A DNA stretch of 32,000 bases, taken from the NCBI RefSeq assembly GCF_000012465.1, contig NC_007335.2, positions 1,350,001 to 1,382,000 of the forward strand. Reading direction: 5' to 3'. Under the pieces are notes generated by a model, which was not told where the DNA came from, ran no database searches, and was given only the letters and a program-made list of their open reading frames with translations. A program made the translations under genes and the position numbers. Within the stretch, counting starts at the first letter, position 1; every line of letters starts with the position of its first letter. Source of the stretch: Prochlorococcus marinus str. NATL2A. GTDB taxonomy: Bacteria; Cyanobacteriota; Cyanobacteriia; PCC-6307; Cyanobiaceae. This document shows positions 8,577 through 17,666 of this stretch, piece after piece.

Positions 8577-9671
8577 GTGAATATGAACGAAGTCATGTCT
8601 CACAACCAGGACAAAACAGGCCAAAACCCTATTCAGCACAGGGAACACGCCGACAGGCTAAGCAATCTTGGAAACACCAAACCAGCTCAAATCAATAGAG
8701 AAATTGGTTTAAATCTTTTCAAAGATATGACTTTGGGAAGACGATTTGAAGATAAATGCGCTGAAATGTATTACAGAGGGAAGATGTTTGGGTTTGTTCA
8801 TCTTTACAACGGGCAAGAAGCAATAAGTACAGGTGTTATTGGTGCAATGAAACGCAAACACGACTGGTTTTGCAGTACCTATAGAGATCATGTTCATGCT
8901 CTGAGTGCTGGAGTCCCTGCGAAAGAGGTGATGAGCGAGCTATTTGGGAAAGAGACAGGCTGCAGTAAAGGCAGAGGTGGATCTATGCATCTGTTCTCTA
9001 AAGAACATCACCTACTTGGAGGTTATGCCTTTATTGGTGAAGGTATTCCAGTTGCCCTTGGAGCAGCTTTCAGCAGTAAATATAAAAGAGAGGCTCTTAA
9101 AGAAAATAGTGATTCTGTAACTGCAGCATTTTTTGGAGATGGTACTTGCAATATTGGTCAGTTTTATGAATGTTTAAATATGGCCCAGCTATGGAAATTA
9201 CCGATCATATTTGTAGTCGAAAATAATAAATGGGCAATTGGGATGGCCCATGACAGAGCAACTAGTGAGACAGAAATATGGAGAAAAGCTTCAGCATTTG
9301 GTATGCCAGGCGAAGAGATTGACGGTATGGACGTTTTAGCAGTAAGAGGGGCTGCCGAAAGGGCCCTAGAACGGGCAAGAGCTGGAGAAGGCCCCACTTT
9401 GATAGAGTGTCTCACTTACAGATTTAGGGGGCATTCATTAGCTGACCCAGACGAGCTTAGATCTGAGAGGGAAAAGGAATTCTGGGCTAAAAGAGATCCA
9501 ATTAAAAAGTTAAAAAATGATTTAACTAGTTCTGGCTTAGTCTTTGATGAAGAATTAAAAAATATTGAGAAAGAAATTGATCTAGAAGTTAACGATGCAG
9601 TTGAATTTGCTTTAAACGCCCCAGAGCCTGACCCTAGTGAGTTAACAAAATATATTTGGGCAGAAAACTAA
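8577..9671 (+). CDS. pdhA: pyruvate dehydrogenase E1 component, alpha subunit
   Basis: Thiamine-diphosphate-dependent E1-alpha motifs ([40 protein letters not shown]). The ORF opens with GTG at 8577; ATGs at 8583 or 8595 are alternative starts. Confidence 0.92.
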   Translation: MNMNEVMSHNQDKTGQNPIQHREHADRLSNLGNTKPAQINREIGLNLFKDMTLGRRFEDKCAEMYYRGKMFGFVHLYNGQEAISTGVIGAMKRKHDWFCSTYRDHVHALSAGVPAKEVMSELFGKETGCSKGRGGSMHLFSKEHHLLGGYAFIGEGIPVALGAAFSSKYKREALKENSDSVTAAFFGDGTCNIGQFYECLNMAQLWKLPIIFVVENNKWAIGMAHDRATSETEIWRKASAFGMPGEEIDGMDVLAVRGAAERALERARAGEGPTLIECLTYRFRGHSLADPDELRSEREKEFWAKRDPIKKLKNDLTSSGLVFDEELKNIEKEIDLEVNDAVEFALNAPEPDPSELTKYIWAEN

Positions 9672-9685
9672 AATTAGATAAAAAA

Positions 9686-10627
9686 TCAAATTCCACTTGG
9701 AAGCTTTCTAGTGAGATTCCTCAATTTCCTTAAAGCTTTTAGCTCAACTTGCCTTACCCTCTCGCGTGAAACCTGTAACAATCTTCCTATCTCTGCGAGA
9801 GTATGTCTTTCATTACCCTCTAAGCCAAATCTAAGCCTAATAACGTGCTGTTCTTGTTCGCTTAAATGACTTAACCACCTTCCAAGTTGTTCTTGATGAA
9901 TTTTTTGTTCTACCTTATCTAGAGGTTCTTCTCCAGAACCGTCAGCTATTAGATCACCTAAAAAGCTACGACCTTCATCTCCATTAACGGGTGCGTCAAG
10001 ACTGCTTGTGGTCAGAGCTTGTCTCAAAATCGAATCAAGTTCTTCTAACTCAATTTCCATTGCCTCAGCTATTTCAATACGGCTGGGCATTGCACCGAGC
10101 TTATGAGCCAAATCTAAGCTGACTTTTCTAATGGTCGCTAATCTCTCACTTAAATGAACAGGTAATCGGATTGTTCTGGACTGACAAGCTATTGCTCTAG
10201 TCATGCTTTGCCTTATCCACCAAAATGCATAAGTAGAAAACTTATATCCACGAGTAGGGTCAAATTTTTCTACCGCTCTTTCTAACCCAAGAGAACCTTC
10301 CTGAACTAAATCTAAAAGTTCAAGACCTTTTCCCTGATATTTCTTTGCAACACTGACAACCAACCTAAGATTGGCCTTCATCATTCTTTCCTTTGCCCTT
10401 CTTCCAATTCGAATCAATCTTCTTTGATGAGAGGTAAATTCTTTGCTCTGCTCTTTAATCTGGCCATCCTCGGTAAGACTCATCAACGTTTGAACTTGAT
10501 TACCAAGTTCAATTTCCTCAGCAGGAGTTAAAAGAGGAACTCGTCCTATGGAGGAAAGGTACCAACTAATTGGATCACTGCTGCGTCGTTTTTGTGATTC
10601 AGCAGGCTTGGGTGCAGTTGAAACCAT
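9686..10627 (-). CDS. RNA polymerase sigma-70 family factor (group 1/2 type; probably a group-2 alternative sigma factor)
   Basis: Regions 2-4 are present: NLRLVVSVAKKYQGKGLELLDLVQEGSLGLERAVEKFDPTRGYKFSTYAFWWIRQ, and a C-terminal HTH (TLAEIGRLLQVSRERVRQVELKALRKLR). At 313 aa it is too short for the primary SigA. Confidence 0.9.
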   Translation of the reverse strand: MVSTAPKPAESQKRRSSDPISWYLSSIGRVPLLTPAEEIELGNQVQTLMSLTEDGQIKEQSKEFTSHQRRLIRIGRRAKERMMKANLRLVVSVAKKYQGKGLELLDLVQEGSLGLERAVEKFDPTRGYKFSTYAFWWIRQSMTRAIACQSRTIRLPVHLSERLATIRKVSLDLAHKLGAMPSRIEIAEAMEIELEELDSILRQALTTSSLDAPVNGDEGRSFLGDLIADGSGEEPLDKVEQKIHQEQLGRWLSHLSEQEQHVIRLRFGLEGNERHTLAEIGRLLQVSRERVRQVELKALRKLRNLTRKLPSGI

Positions 10628-10783
10628 TGTTTCTTGGCCCCGTACTAAAGTGGTAAGACTTTCCTACAGAAATCGCAAAAGATGCCAAGGTTTCATGAAG
10701 GCTTCAGATTCTGTTGACGATTAGTTAACAAATGACACCAAATGGACCATTTAATGCCTTGAAGATGGTTGTTTCAAAACATT

Positions 10784-12298
10784 TCAAGTGCTTTCCTTTT
10801 TTATTAATTCACCAAGAAAAGTGCAAATAGTGCTCGCTGTGCTCCCTTTTATAGAAAAAGCCCCTGCATATGCATGCATCAAAGCTGATGCAGCAAGCAA
10901 ACTTGTATCCAATTTTTTATCACTTGCCAGTCCAGAAGCACCCATCCCTGAAACAAACCCAGCCAAAACATCGCCAAGGCCAGTTCTTGCAACACTTGAA
11001 TTCACTTGCCCTATTTGCCAAGTTTTACCTTCTGGATCAGAGATAACACTATGAGCACATTTCAATAAGACAGAAGAACTGCAAGTTTTTGCAGCTTCAA
11101 TTCCAGCCTTCAATGGATTCGAGCAATCAATTAAAGGAAATAACCTTTTAAATTCTTCAAGATGAGGGGTAAGCCAAGTGGGACCTTCCCTATCATTTAG
11201 CCACTCCCAACCTTTTGATGTTATTGAGAGCCTATTAATTGCATCAGCATCAAGAACAAGTAGGCCTTTGAAATCCTGCAAGTCAGAGCCAAAACAATCT
11301 TTTTCGTCTGCAATCCCCAATCCTGGTCCGAGCAAAATCGAGTCAAACCTATTCAAGTCAACTTCATTTAAAACTTTGGAGAAATCTGAAGAACCGTCCT
11401 GAAAAGCAGTTAGATCTCCAAGTAACAAGACTTCAGGGTGAGTAATCCAAAGAGCAGATGAAACGGAATTGGGCAAAAATGCACTAACACTACCTACCCC
11501 ACTTGCTAAAGCTCCATTCAAAGCAAGGGATGCTGCTCCCCTGTATTTCTCACTCCCTGCAATCACCAGAACTCTTCCTCTCTGATATTTACTTTTACTT
11601 TTACTAAGCATGGGCCAAACAAAAGTAGACAAATCTGAAAAAGAAATCCTTAAAGGCTGTGTTTCAGGAAAACCAGCTAAGATCTTATCTGGAATTCCGA
11701 TATCTACTCTCTCTAAATTACCTACATAATCAATAGCTGAATCTTGAATTAATCCCGACTTAAATAAACCCAAGGTTAATGAAGAACTGGCTTTGCATGA
11801 TGTATTTGATACTATATTTCCATTATCTGAGTCTAATCCTGCAGGGACATCAATACTAATTAACTTTTCAGGACTAAAGGTCTTCTTCGAATTCAATAGG
11901 CGAATTATTTCATCAGAAATAATTCTTGATTGTCCTAATCCAAATAAAGCCTCAATCCATAATAAATCTGAATTTGAATCGGGTTTACGCTCCAAGTTTT
12001 CAATCCCAATCTGCATTGCATAATGAAAATGTTTTTGTGTTAATTGTTTTTTTAATGGGAATGGACACCAAATAGAGATATCAACGCCTGCCATATAAAG
12101 TTCTCTCGCAACAACAAGTCCATCGCCTCCATTGTGACCAGGCCCTACCAAAACGATTGCACCATTTTCAATCAACCCATGCCTGTCTAATATCCATGAA
12201 GAAATACCAATTCCCACTTTTTCCATCAGAGCTTCAACAGGCATACCCATAGAAAACATTTCTTTTTCTATGTTTTGCATCTGCTCTGAAGAAACCAT
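10784..12298 (-). CDS. nnr: bifunctional NAD(P)H-hydrate repair enzyme Nnr (YjeF epimerase plus ADP-dependent dehydratase)
   Basis: YjeF_N (VLVGPGHNGGDGLVVAREL) plus a carbohydrate-kinase-like C domain (RGRVLVIAGS..., GLGDVLAG). I prefer the start at Met59 of the tracked ORF (MVSSEQMQNIEKEM...). The 58 upstream codons are hydrophobic nonsense antisense to the mnmA start. Confidence 0.85.
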   Translation of the reverse strand: MVSSEQMQNIEKEMFSMGMPVEALMEKVGIGISSWILDRHGLIENGAIVLVGPGHNGGDGLVVARELYMAGVDISIWCPFPLKKQLTQKHFHYAMQIGIENLERKPDSNSDLLWIEALFGLGQSRIISDEIIRLLNSKKTFSPEKLISIDVPAGLDSDNGNIVSNTSCKASSSLTLGLFKSGLIQDSAIDYVGNLERVDIGIPDKILAGFPETQPLRISFSDLSTFVWPMLSKSKSKYQRGRVLVIAGSEKYRGAASLALNGALASGVGSVSAFLPNSVSSALWITHPEVLLLGDLTAFQDGSSDFSKVLNEVDLNRFDSILLGPGLGIADEKDCFGSDLQDFKGLLVLDADAINRLSITSKGWEWLNDREGPTWLTPHLEEFKRLFPLIDCSNPLKAGIEAAKTCSSSVLLKCAHSVISDPEGKTWQIGQVNSSVARTGLGDVLAGFVSGMGASGLASDKKLDTSLLAASALMHAYAGAFSIKGSTASTICTFLGELIKKEST

Positions 12299-12375
12299 CA
12301 AATGTTCCGAATCAGATTGAGGCCAATTCAAAATCAAAAAGCAACCAAACCCACTATGAATAGAAGCTACTATCA

Positions 12376-13590
12376 ATGCCCATGAATGTGGAAACAAGAG
12401 AAACAAAAAAAGTTTTAAATCATTTGCCTTCAGAAGAAACAGTCGAGAAAACATTAAAAAGACTGCAAACATTTTCTGGAAGTCATTCAGTTGTAGTAGG
12501 GCTTTCCGGAGGAGTAGATAGCTCCTTAACGGCTGCTCTACTCTGTAAAGCTGGATGGGATGTAGAAGGATTAACTTTGTGGCTAATGAAAGGAAAAGGT
12601 TCTTGCTGCTCTGATGGATTAGTTGATGCTGCAGGGATATGTGATCAACTTGGAATCAAGCATCACATAGTTGATTCAAAAGAAATCTTTCAAAAAGAAA
12701 TCATCAATAACGTCTTAAAAGGATATGAGGAAGGAATTACTCCTTTGCCGTGCTCGCGCTGCAACAAATCAGTCAAATTCTCAGAAATGCTCAAATGGGT
12801 TAAAGAAAATAAAAATATCGAAAAGATCGCAACTGGGCATTACGCAAGGATTAGATACTCAAACGAATCTTTCAATGAGAATGATCTTCCGAGTGATGGA
12901 ATTAAAAGACATAAGCTTTTAAGAGGTAAAGATCTCAACAAAGATCAAAGCTATTTTTTGTATGATCTCCCTCAAGAAATTTTAGGAAAAACAATTTTCC
13001 CACTTGGAGAATTAACTAAAGAGATAACACGAATAGAAGCTCTTAAACATTCATTAAAAACTGCCAAAAAGCCAGAAAGCCAAGACCTTTGTCTTGCTGA
13101 ACATTACGGATCAATGAATGCATTTATTGATAAGTATTTACCTCAAAAGAAAGGAGAGGTTGTACTTAAAAACGGTCAAATAATAGGCTCCCATAATGGA
13201 ATTCAGCATTTCACAATAGGACAACGAAAGGGATTAGGTATTGCTTGGGAAGTGCCTTTACATGTTGTTGAAATTGATGCCTCTTTAAACAGAGTAATTG
13301 TTGCCCCAAGAGAAGACTCTGGCAAGTCAGAATGTATTGTAAAAGATATAAATTGGGTATCAATTGAAGCGCCTCAAGAACCAATTGAAGTTGAGGTACA
13401 AATTAGATATAGAAGTAAAGCAATGAAAGCAAAGTTAATACCAATTTTTGATAGTAATAAAGAAAATTATTGTTATAAATGTAATATTCATTTTGAAAAA
13501 GATCAATTTTCAATTACGCCTGGACAAGCAGCAGTATTTTACAAGGGTGATTATGTATTAGGAGGGGGACTTATTTCAAAAGAGTATTAA
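12376..13590 (+). CDS. mnmA: tRNA-specific 2-thiouridylase MnmA
   Basis: PP-loop [24 protein letters not shown]; a full-length MnmA layout. Confidence 0.93.
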   Translation: MPMNVETRETKKVLNHLPSEETVEKTLKRLQTFSGSHSVVVGLSGGVDSSLTAALLCKAGWDVEGLTLWLMKGKGSCCSDGLVDAAGICDQLGIKHHIVDSKEIFQKEIINNVLKGYEEGITPLPCSRCNKSVKFSEMLKWVKENKNIEKIATGHYARIRYSNESFNENDLPSDGIKRHKLLRGKDLNKDQSYFLYDLPQEILGKTIFPLGELTKEITRIEALKHSLKTAKKPESQDLCLAEHYGSMNAFIDKYLPQKKGEVVLKNGQIIGSHNGIQHFTIGQRKGLGIAWEVPLHVVEIDASLNRVIVAPREDSGKSECIVKDINWVSIEAPQEPIEVEVQIRYRSKAMKAKLIPIFDSNKENYCYKCNIHFEKDQFSITPGQAAVFYKGDYVLGGGLISKEY

Positions 13591-13601
13591 TATCAACCAT
13601 A

Positions 13602-15065
13602 CTAACGTAATCGTAAAACACCTATTAAACTTATCAGAATGACTACTATCATTGGTAAATCAGAAATTAATGTGTACAGTGTTTTCTTTCCATTTAATTC
13701 CAGATCAGCTAGTTGAACTAATTCTTCATTTGGCTTGAGGAGGGTATCAATTCTTCCATTACTTTTAATCAAAGATGTTGGTCCGGTATTAGAGACAGAT
13801 ATTAAATTTTTTGATGTTTCAATACTTCTTAATTGAGCAATAGATAAAAATTGTTTCTGCAAAGAAATAGGATAGGGATCTAAATTTGCAATCACTAAAA
13901 TCCATTTTGCCCCTTGATTTACTGCTTTAGCTATAGCTTTCCCATTACTCAATTCATAACAAATAGCACCTGCAAAAGAAGGCCCCTCCCAATCAAGAAG
14001 TCTTGATGGATTTCCACTTTCAATTCCACCTACTGCCGAGAGACCATCTTTCAAAAAATTAGGCAATTCAGGAATCCATTCGCCCAGCGGGACTAATCTA
14101 GATTTGTCCAACACATCCGAAAAAGACTCTTCACCTGGATTAAAGACTAATAGTGAACTTCGTATAGAACCATTTATTTTCCTGAAACCTCCAGAGAGAA
14201 ATTTAATAGAAAAATCTCGAATCTTTGATCTATCCAGAGGCAACGTTCCTTCTGGAGCGATTAAAAAAGATGCATTCATTTCAAAAGCTTCAGTTAATGC
14301 TCTATTTACTTTTGAGGGCAAAGCATTTATCTCTTCCTGACTAAATTTTTGTCTTATTGGAATATTTGTTTGCCACATCGCAACCTTTTCTGATGAATCA
14401 GTTGGAGAATCAAACAACAAGATAAATCCAAGTAAATGAGCTAACAAAAAATAAGCAAAGCCAAGAATAATAAATTTCTTGGCTTTTTTTCTAGCTTGAA
14501 AAGCAATTGAAAGTTGCCATATCCACCATCCAGCTAAAAGATGGATGGTGGCCAAGCCGCCCGAACCTATCCATCTTGCTAATCCAGCCAAATATCTATC
14601 TTGTGGTAATAAACTTGGCCCTACACCCATCCAAAACAAAGGGCCTCTAGATAGTAGTTCTTCAGAAAGCCCCCATATTGTTGACAATAAAACGGCATAA
14701 ATAAACTTATTTTCTAATTTAGAAAACTGAAGTCTTCCAGGAGCCAAAAAGCAACTCAAAGCTGACCAAATAAAAACCAGCCCCCCTCCAAAGGCTCCAC
14801 AAAAAAGCCATATAAAAATGGTTATTGGTAAACTTAAATTTGAGCTTATCCCTACCCAACTAATTGGATGCAAAGATAGCAACCACTTATGACTCCATAA
14901 AATAGCCATCGCACCCCAACAAAAGCCTCCCCATGGATTTTTACTAGCAGGCCAAAGTAAAGATATTCCCAAAAGCATGAAAATATAATTGCCTTCACTA
15001 AGAGAGATTCCTGCTAGAGCTCCACCAGCAAAGGCTTTAATAAAAAGAGAATAGATATTATTCAT
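13602..15065 (-). CDS. lnt: apolipoprotein N-acyltransferase
   Basis: Multi-TM N-terminal half followed by a CN-hydrolase-like domain (APEGTLP..., ICYELS...). The length and topology are typical of Lnt. Confidence 0.8.
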   Translation of the reverse strand: MNNIYSLFIKAFAGGALAGISLSEGNYIFMLLGISLLWPASKNPWGGFCWGAMAILWSHKWLLSLHPISWVGISSNLSLPITIFIWLFCGAFGGGLVFIWSALSCFLAPGRLQFSKLENKFIYAVLLSTIWGLSEELLSRGPLFWMGVGPSLLPQDRYLAGLARWIGSGGLATIHLLAGWWIWQLSIAFQARKKAKKFIILGFAYFLLAHLLGFILLFDSPTDSSEKVAMWQTNIPIRQKFSQEEINALPSKVNRALTEAFEMNASFLIAPEGTLPLDRSKIRDFSIKFLSGGFRKINGSIRSSLLVFNPGEESFSDVLDKSRLVPLGEWIPELPNFLKDGLSAVGGIESGNPSRLLDWEGPSFAGAICYELSNGKAIAKAVNQGAKWILVIANLDPYPISLQKQFLSIAQLRSIETSKNLISVSNTGPTSLIKSNGRIDTLLKPNEELVQLADLELNGKKTLYTLISDLPMIVVILISLIGVLRLR

Positions 15066-15138
15066 AAATCCAATTTAATTAAATATACACCGACAAAATT
15101 CATACTCTCTGGTTAGTTATCTTTTAAATGGATGTAAT

Positions 15139-15783
15139 TTGGGTATTAATCTGCAAGAATATTTTCGAGTACTTAATATTACTGTGAGAGAAATCTTAAT
15201 TAGCTTCTCTGTTTGCCTTAGCTGCTTGATGATTGCAGTGATTAGCCAAATCATCTCACCGACTCCAACGAATGCCTTACAAATTGACCAACCAATCCAA
15301 GCGGATGTAAGGCAATCCACAAAAACCAGCGAGTCTGTAACTAATCCATTTGAATTAGACCCAGAAGACCCAAATCCATCACTTTTTACTATGGCTTCAG
15401 ATAAAACCAGTGCAAGCAACTCTCCTCTTGGAGGAGCTGAGATAGGAGCATCTCAAGTAACTTCAAGTGGGCTAAAAATTACTGAATTAGTTTTAGGTGA
15501 TGGTCAAGAAGCCACCCCAGGAACAAGTGTCTCAGTAAATTACAAGGGTACTCTTGATGATGGGAAAGAATTTGACAGCAGTTATGGGAGAGGTCCTTTT
15601 GAATTTTCTTTAGGTGCAGGGATGGTGATAAAGGGTTGGGATGAGGGAGTCGCAGGAATGAAAGTTGGAGGTAAAAGAAAATTAGTCATTCCACCAGAAT
15701 TGGGGTATGGCAGCAGAGGAATAGGTCCAATCCCTCCTAATTCAGTTTTAACGTTTGAAGTGGAATTATTAGGTGTTAAGTGA
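15139..15783 (+). CDS. FKBP-type peptidyl-prolyl cis-trans isomerase, secreted or lumenal (signal peptide)
   Basis: C-terminal FKBP domain ([59 protein letters not shown]). The tracked ORF opens with TTG at 15139. GTG at 15184 would give a better signal peptide ([33 protein letters not shown]). Confidence 0.9.
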   Translation: MGINLQEYFRVLNITVREILISFSVCLSCLMIAVISQIISPTPTNALQIDQPIQADVRQSTKTSESVTNPFELDPEDPNPSLFTMASDKTSASNSPLGGAEIGASQVTSSGLKITELVLGDGQEATPGTSVSVNYKGTLDDGKEFDSSYGRGPFEFSLGAGMVIKGWDEGVAGMKVGGKRKLVIPPELGYGSRGIGPIPPNSVLTFEVELLGVK

Positions 15784-15819
15784 GTTTCTTAAATTATTCA
15801 GAAAGCTCTAGATAAAGTT

Positions 15820-15843
15820 ATGGCGTTTGTTGACAAACGCCAT
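15820..15843. promoter_or_regulatory. perfect palindromic hairpin upstream of sodN with TTGACA at its centre
   Basis: ATGGCGTTTG-TTGA-CAAACGCCAT: a 10-bp perfect stem. TTGACA spans 15830-15835. AATAAT lies at 15856-15861, 20 nt downstream. There is no T-run after the hairpin on either strand. Confidence 0.4.
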
Positions 15844-15880
15844 TAATGTAAAAAAAATAATGTTCACAAATTATTCTCAG

Positions 15881-16351
15881 ATGTTGAGCGAAACACTTAC
15901 ATCAATCTTTAAAAAGCTTCCAGCAAAATCTGTTCACGCTCACTGTGACGGACCTTGCGGTGTATATGACCCTTCTTCAGCAAGAGTTACCGCAGAAGCA
16001 GTTTTGTCTATGACAAAAAAACTTATTGCTCTAGCTCCAGCTGGTAACGATCAAGCTTCCATTTCAGCTTATAACAACACTTTTTCTCGCTTCGTTGCGA
16101 TTAAAGAAGAAGAATCACAAAAGGCCAAAAAAGAACTTCTAATCCTCTGGACTGATTACTTCAAGCCTGAGCACTTAGCTACATATCCAGATCTTCATGA
16201 CACTTTTTGGAAAGCAGCAAAGCTTTGTAGTGCATGCAAGGTAAATATTGATCAAACCAAGGCAGAAGAATTATTAGCAGCTGTACAAAAGATTCACTCG
16301 ATGTTTTGGTCATCAAAAGGTAGAAGTGATAGCTGGGTTACCGCAAGCTGA
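15881..16351 (+). CDS. sodN: nickel-containing superoxide dismutase precursor
   Basis: Ni-hook HCDGPCGVYDP follows a short leader (MLSETLTSIFKKLPAKSVHA). The tracked ORF extends to TTG 15827 and another ATG lies at 15860. I prefer ATG 15881 (156 aa). Confidence 0.9.
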   Translation: MLSETLTSIFKKLPAKSVHAHCDGPCGVYDPSSARVTAEAVLSMTKKLIALAPAGNDQASISAYNNTFSRFVAIKEEESQKAKKELLILWTDYFKPEHLATYPDLHDTFWKAAKLCSACKVNIDQTKAEELLAAVQKIHSMFWSSKGRSDSWVTAS

Positions 16352-16703
16352 TAAAAGTCTTTTCCACAAGCCAGACTTATTTACTTTATTTACTTTAATA
16401 ATCGGTTACCGACAACATTTACGTGTTGTCGGTACTTCTATGGAAAGAACTCTTAAAGAGGGCGATTTAGTAACTTATACAAAGTTAAACCCAAAAAATA
16501 TTGACTTAGAGATTGGCGATATCGTCGTTGCCTCTCATCCAAAAACAAAAAATAAGTTAATAATTAAAAGAATTCATAGGATTTATCAAAATAAATTTGA
16601 TTTAAGGGGAGACAACTCATTGTCAAGCACTGATACTCGAGAATTGGGTTTATTTGAATTAGATTTAATCATTGGGAAAGTAGACAAAATCTTCTCTAAC
16701 TAG
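16326..16703 (+). CDS. sodX: Ni-SOD maturation protease SodX (S26 signal-peptidase family)
   Basis: The Ser motif VVGTSMERTL and Lys motif LIIKRIHRI fit an S26 Ser/Lys dyad, and the gene lies directly after sodN. The only standard in-frame start upstream of the catalytic Ser is GTG 16326, which overlaps sodN by 26 nt. Confidence 0.8.
   Translation: MIAGLPQADKSLFHKPDLFTLFTLIIGYRQHLRVVGTSMERTLKEGDLVTYTKLNPKNIDLEIGDIVVASHPKTKNKLIIKRIHRIYQNKFDLRGDNSLSSTDTRELGLFELDLIIGKVDKIFSN
16407..16434 (+). promoter_or_regulatory. perfect 11-bp stem-loop 56 nt after the sodN stop, inside the 5' end of sodX
   Basis: TACCGACAACA-TTTACG-TGTTGTCGGTA. No U-tract follows. It ends 3 nt before the codon of the catalytic Ser. 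Confidence 0.45.
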
Positions 16704-16736
16704 ACTTATGAGATTGGCAAAGATATTGTCCGTAAT

Positions 16737-17624
16737 TTATAAGTTGCCAATTAACTTTTTAACTCCACCTAATATATCTTCCTGTGACATAAGAGATTCA
16801 CCAACTAAAACAGCATCAGCCCCATAACTCTTCACTAAATCCAAATCCTCACGATTAAATAAACCTGACTCGCTTACCAAAGTAATAGAATTTTCCTTGA
16901 TTTGGTTAGCATAATTCTCGGCCAATTTCTTTGTAACCTCAAGATCAGTTTTAAAACTCTTTAAATTTCTATTATTAATACCTATTAAATTAAATACATT
17001 AATATTTAGTACTCGTTCAAGTTCTTCTGAGTCATGAACCTCTACTAATATTGTAAGTCCCAAATGTTCAGCGACCTTAGATAAGTACTTTAAATCAGAA
17101 TCAGTCAGAATTGCCGCTATCAAAAGTGCAGCATCAGCACCAGCAGCTCTTGCTTGGTAAAGCTGATAGGGGTAAAGGATAAAGTCCTTACATAGGATTG
17201 GGATTATGATTTCCTTTCTAACTTCCACTAAGACATCAAAACCACCTTGAAAAAATTTTTTATCTGTTAAGACCGATATGCAGTTAGCACCCCCCTCTTG
17301 ATACATTTTACCTATCATTTTCGCGTCAAAGTCTTCTCTAATTATCCCTCTACTTGGACTAGCCTTTTTTATTTCTGAGATTAGTGCTGGTTTCGAATTA
17401 CTATTTCTTAATGCATCTATGAAATTTTTTGTTTTTGGTAAATCCTTGATCTTTTTCTTTAAATCTTCAAGCGAAACTTTTTTTCTTGCAATCTCAACTT
17501 CTAGATGTTTTTCCCAAACAATTTCCTCCAAAATATTTTTAGGTTTTGAATCTGGGTGAGGAATTGCATACTCTAAATTAGCTACTTTTATACTTGGGTT
17601 AGGAGGTCTTCTTCTAATTTCCAT
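16737..17624 (-). CDS. trpC: indole-3-glycerol phosphate synthase
   Basis: [44 protein letters not shown]; canonical TrpC motifs. Confidence 0.95.
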   Translation of the reverse strand: MEIRRRPPNPSIKVANLEYAIPHPDSKPKNILEEIVWEKHLEVEIARKKVSLEDLKKKIKDLPKTKNFIDALRNSNSKPALISEIKKASPSRGIIREDFDAKMIGKMYQEGGANCISVLTDKKFFQGGFDVLVEVRKEIIIPILCKDFILYPYQLYQARAAGADAALLIAAILTDSDLKYLSKVAEHLGLTILVEVHDSEELERVLNINVFNLIGINNRNLKSFKTDLEVTKKLAENYANQIKENSITLVSESGLFNREDLDLVKSYGADAVLVGESLMSQEDILGGVKKLIGNL

Positions 17625-17666
17625 AATTTAAATAATTAATGATCTATAAAGATAAAATTTGATTTA

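Noticed and set aside
10653-10667. NtcA-like GTA...TAC element (GTAAGACTTTCCTAC) upstream of the sigma-factor gene
   Set aside because: The spacer is 9 nt, not the canonical GTA-N8-TAC. It lies only 26-40 nt from the start codon, a poor position for an activator site. It is probably chance.
10740-10752. 13-nt palindrome AAATGGACCATTT and a possible 9-codon uORF (MKPWHLLRFL) in the 156-nt leader region of the sigma-factor gene
   Set aside because: Six-bp arms in AT-rich intergenic DNA are expected by chance at roughly this frequency across the window. The uORF has no supporting signal. It cannot be tested without TSS or conservation data.
12299-12472. 58-codon hydrophobic N-terminal extension of the nnr ORF that overlaps the mnmA start
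   Set aside because: The YjeF_N homology begins after Met59 (MVSSEQMQNIEKEM...). The extension is the antisense of the mnmA 5' end and would create a 97-nt head-on gene overlap, so it is most likely not translated.
15827-15880. Longer sodN start options (TTG 15827, ATG 15860)
   Set aside because: TTG 15827 lies inside the upstream palindrome. Ni-SOD leaders are short, and MLSETL...VHA/HCDGPCGVYDP from ATG 15881 gives a typical leader. I could not exclude ATG 15860.
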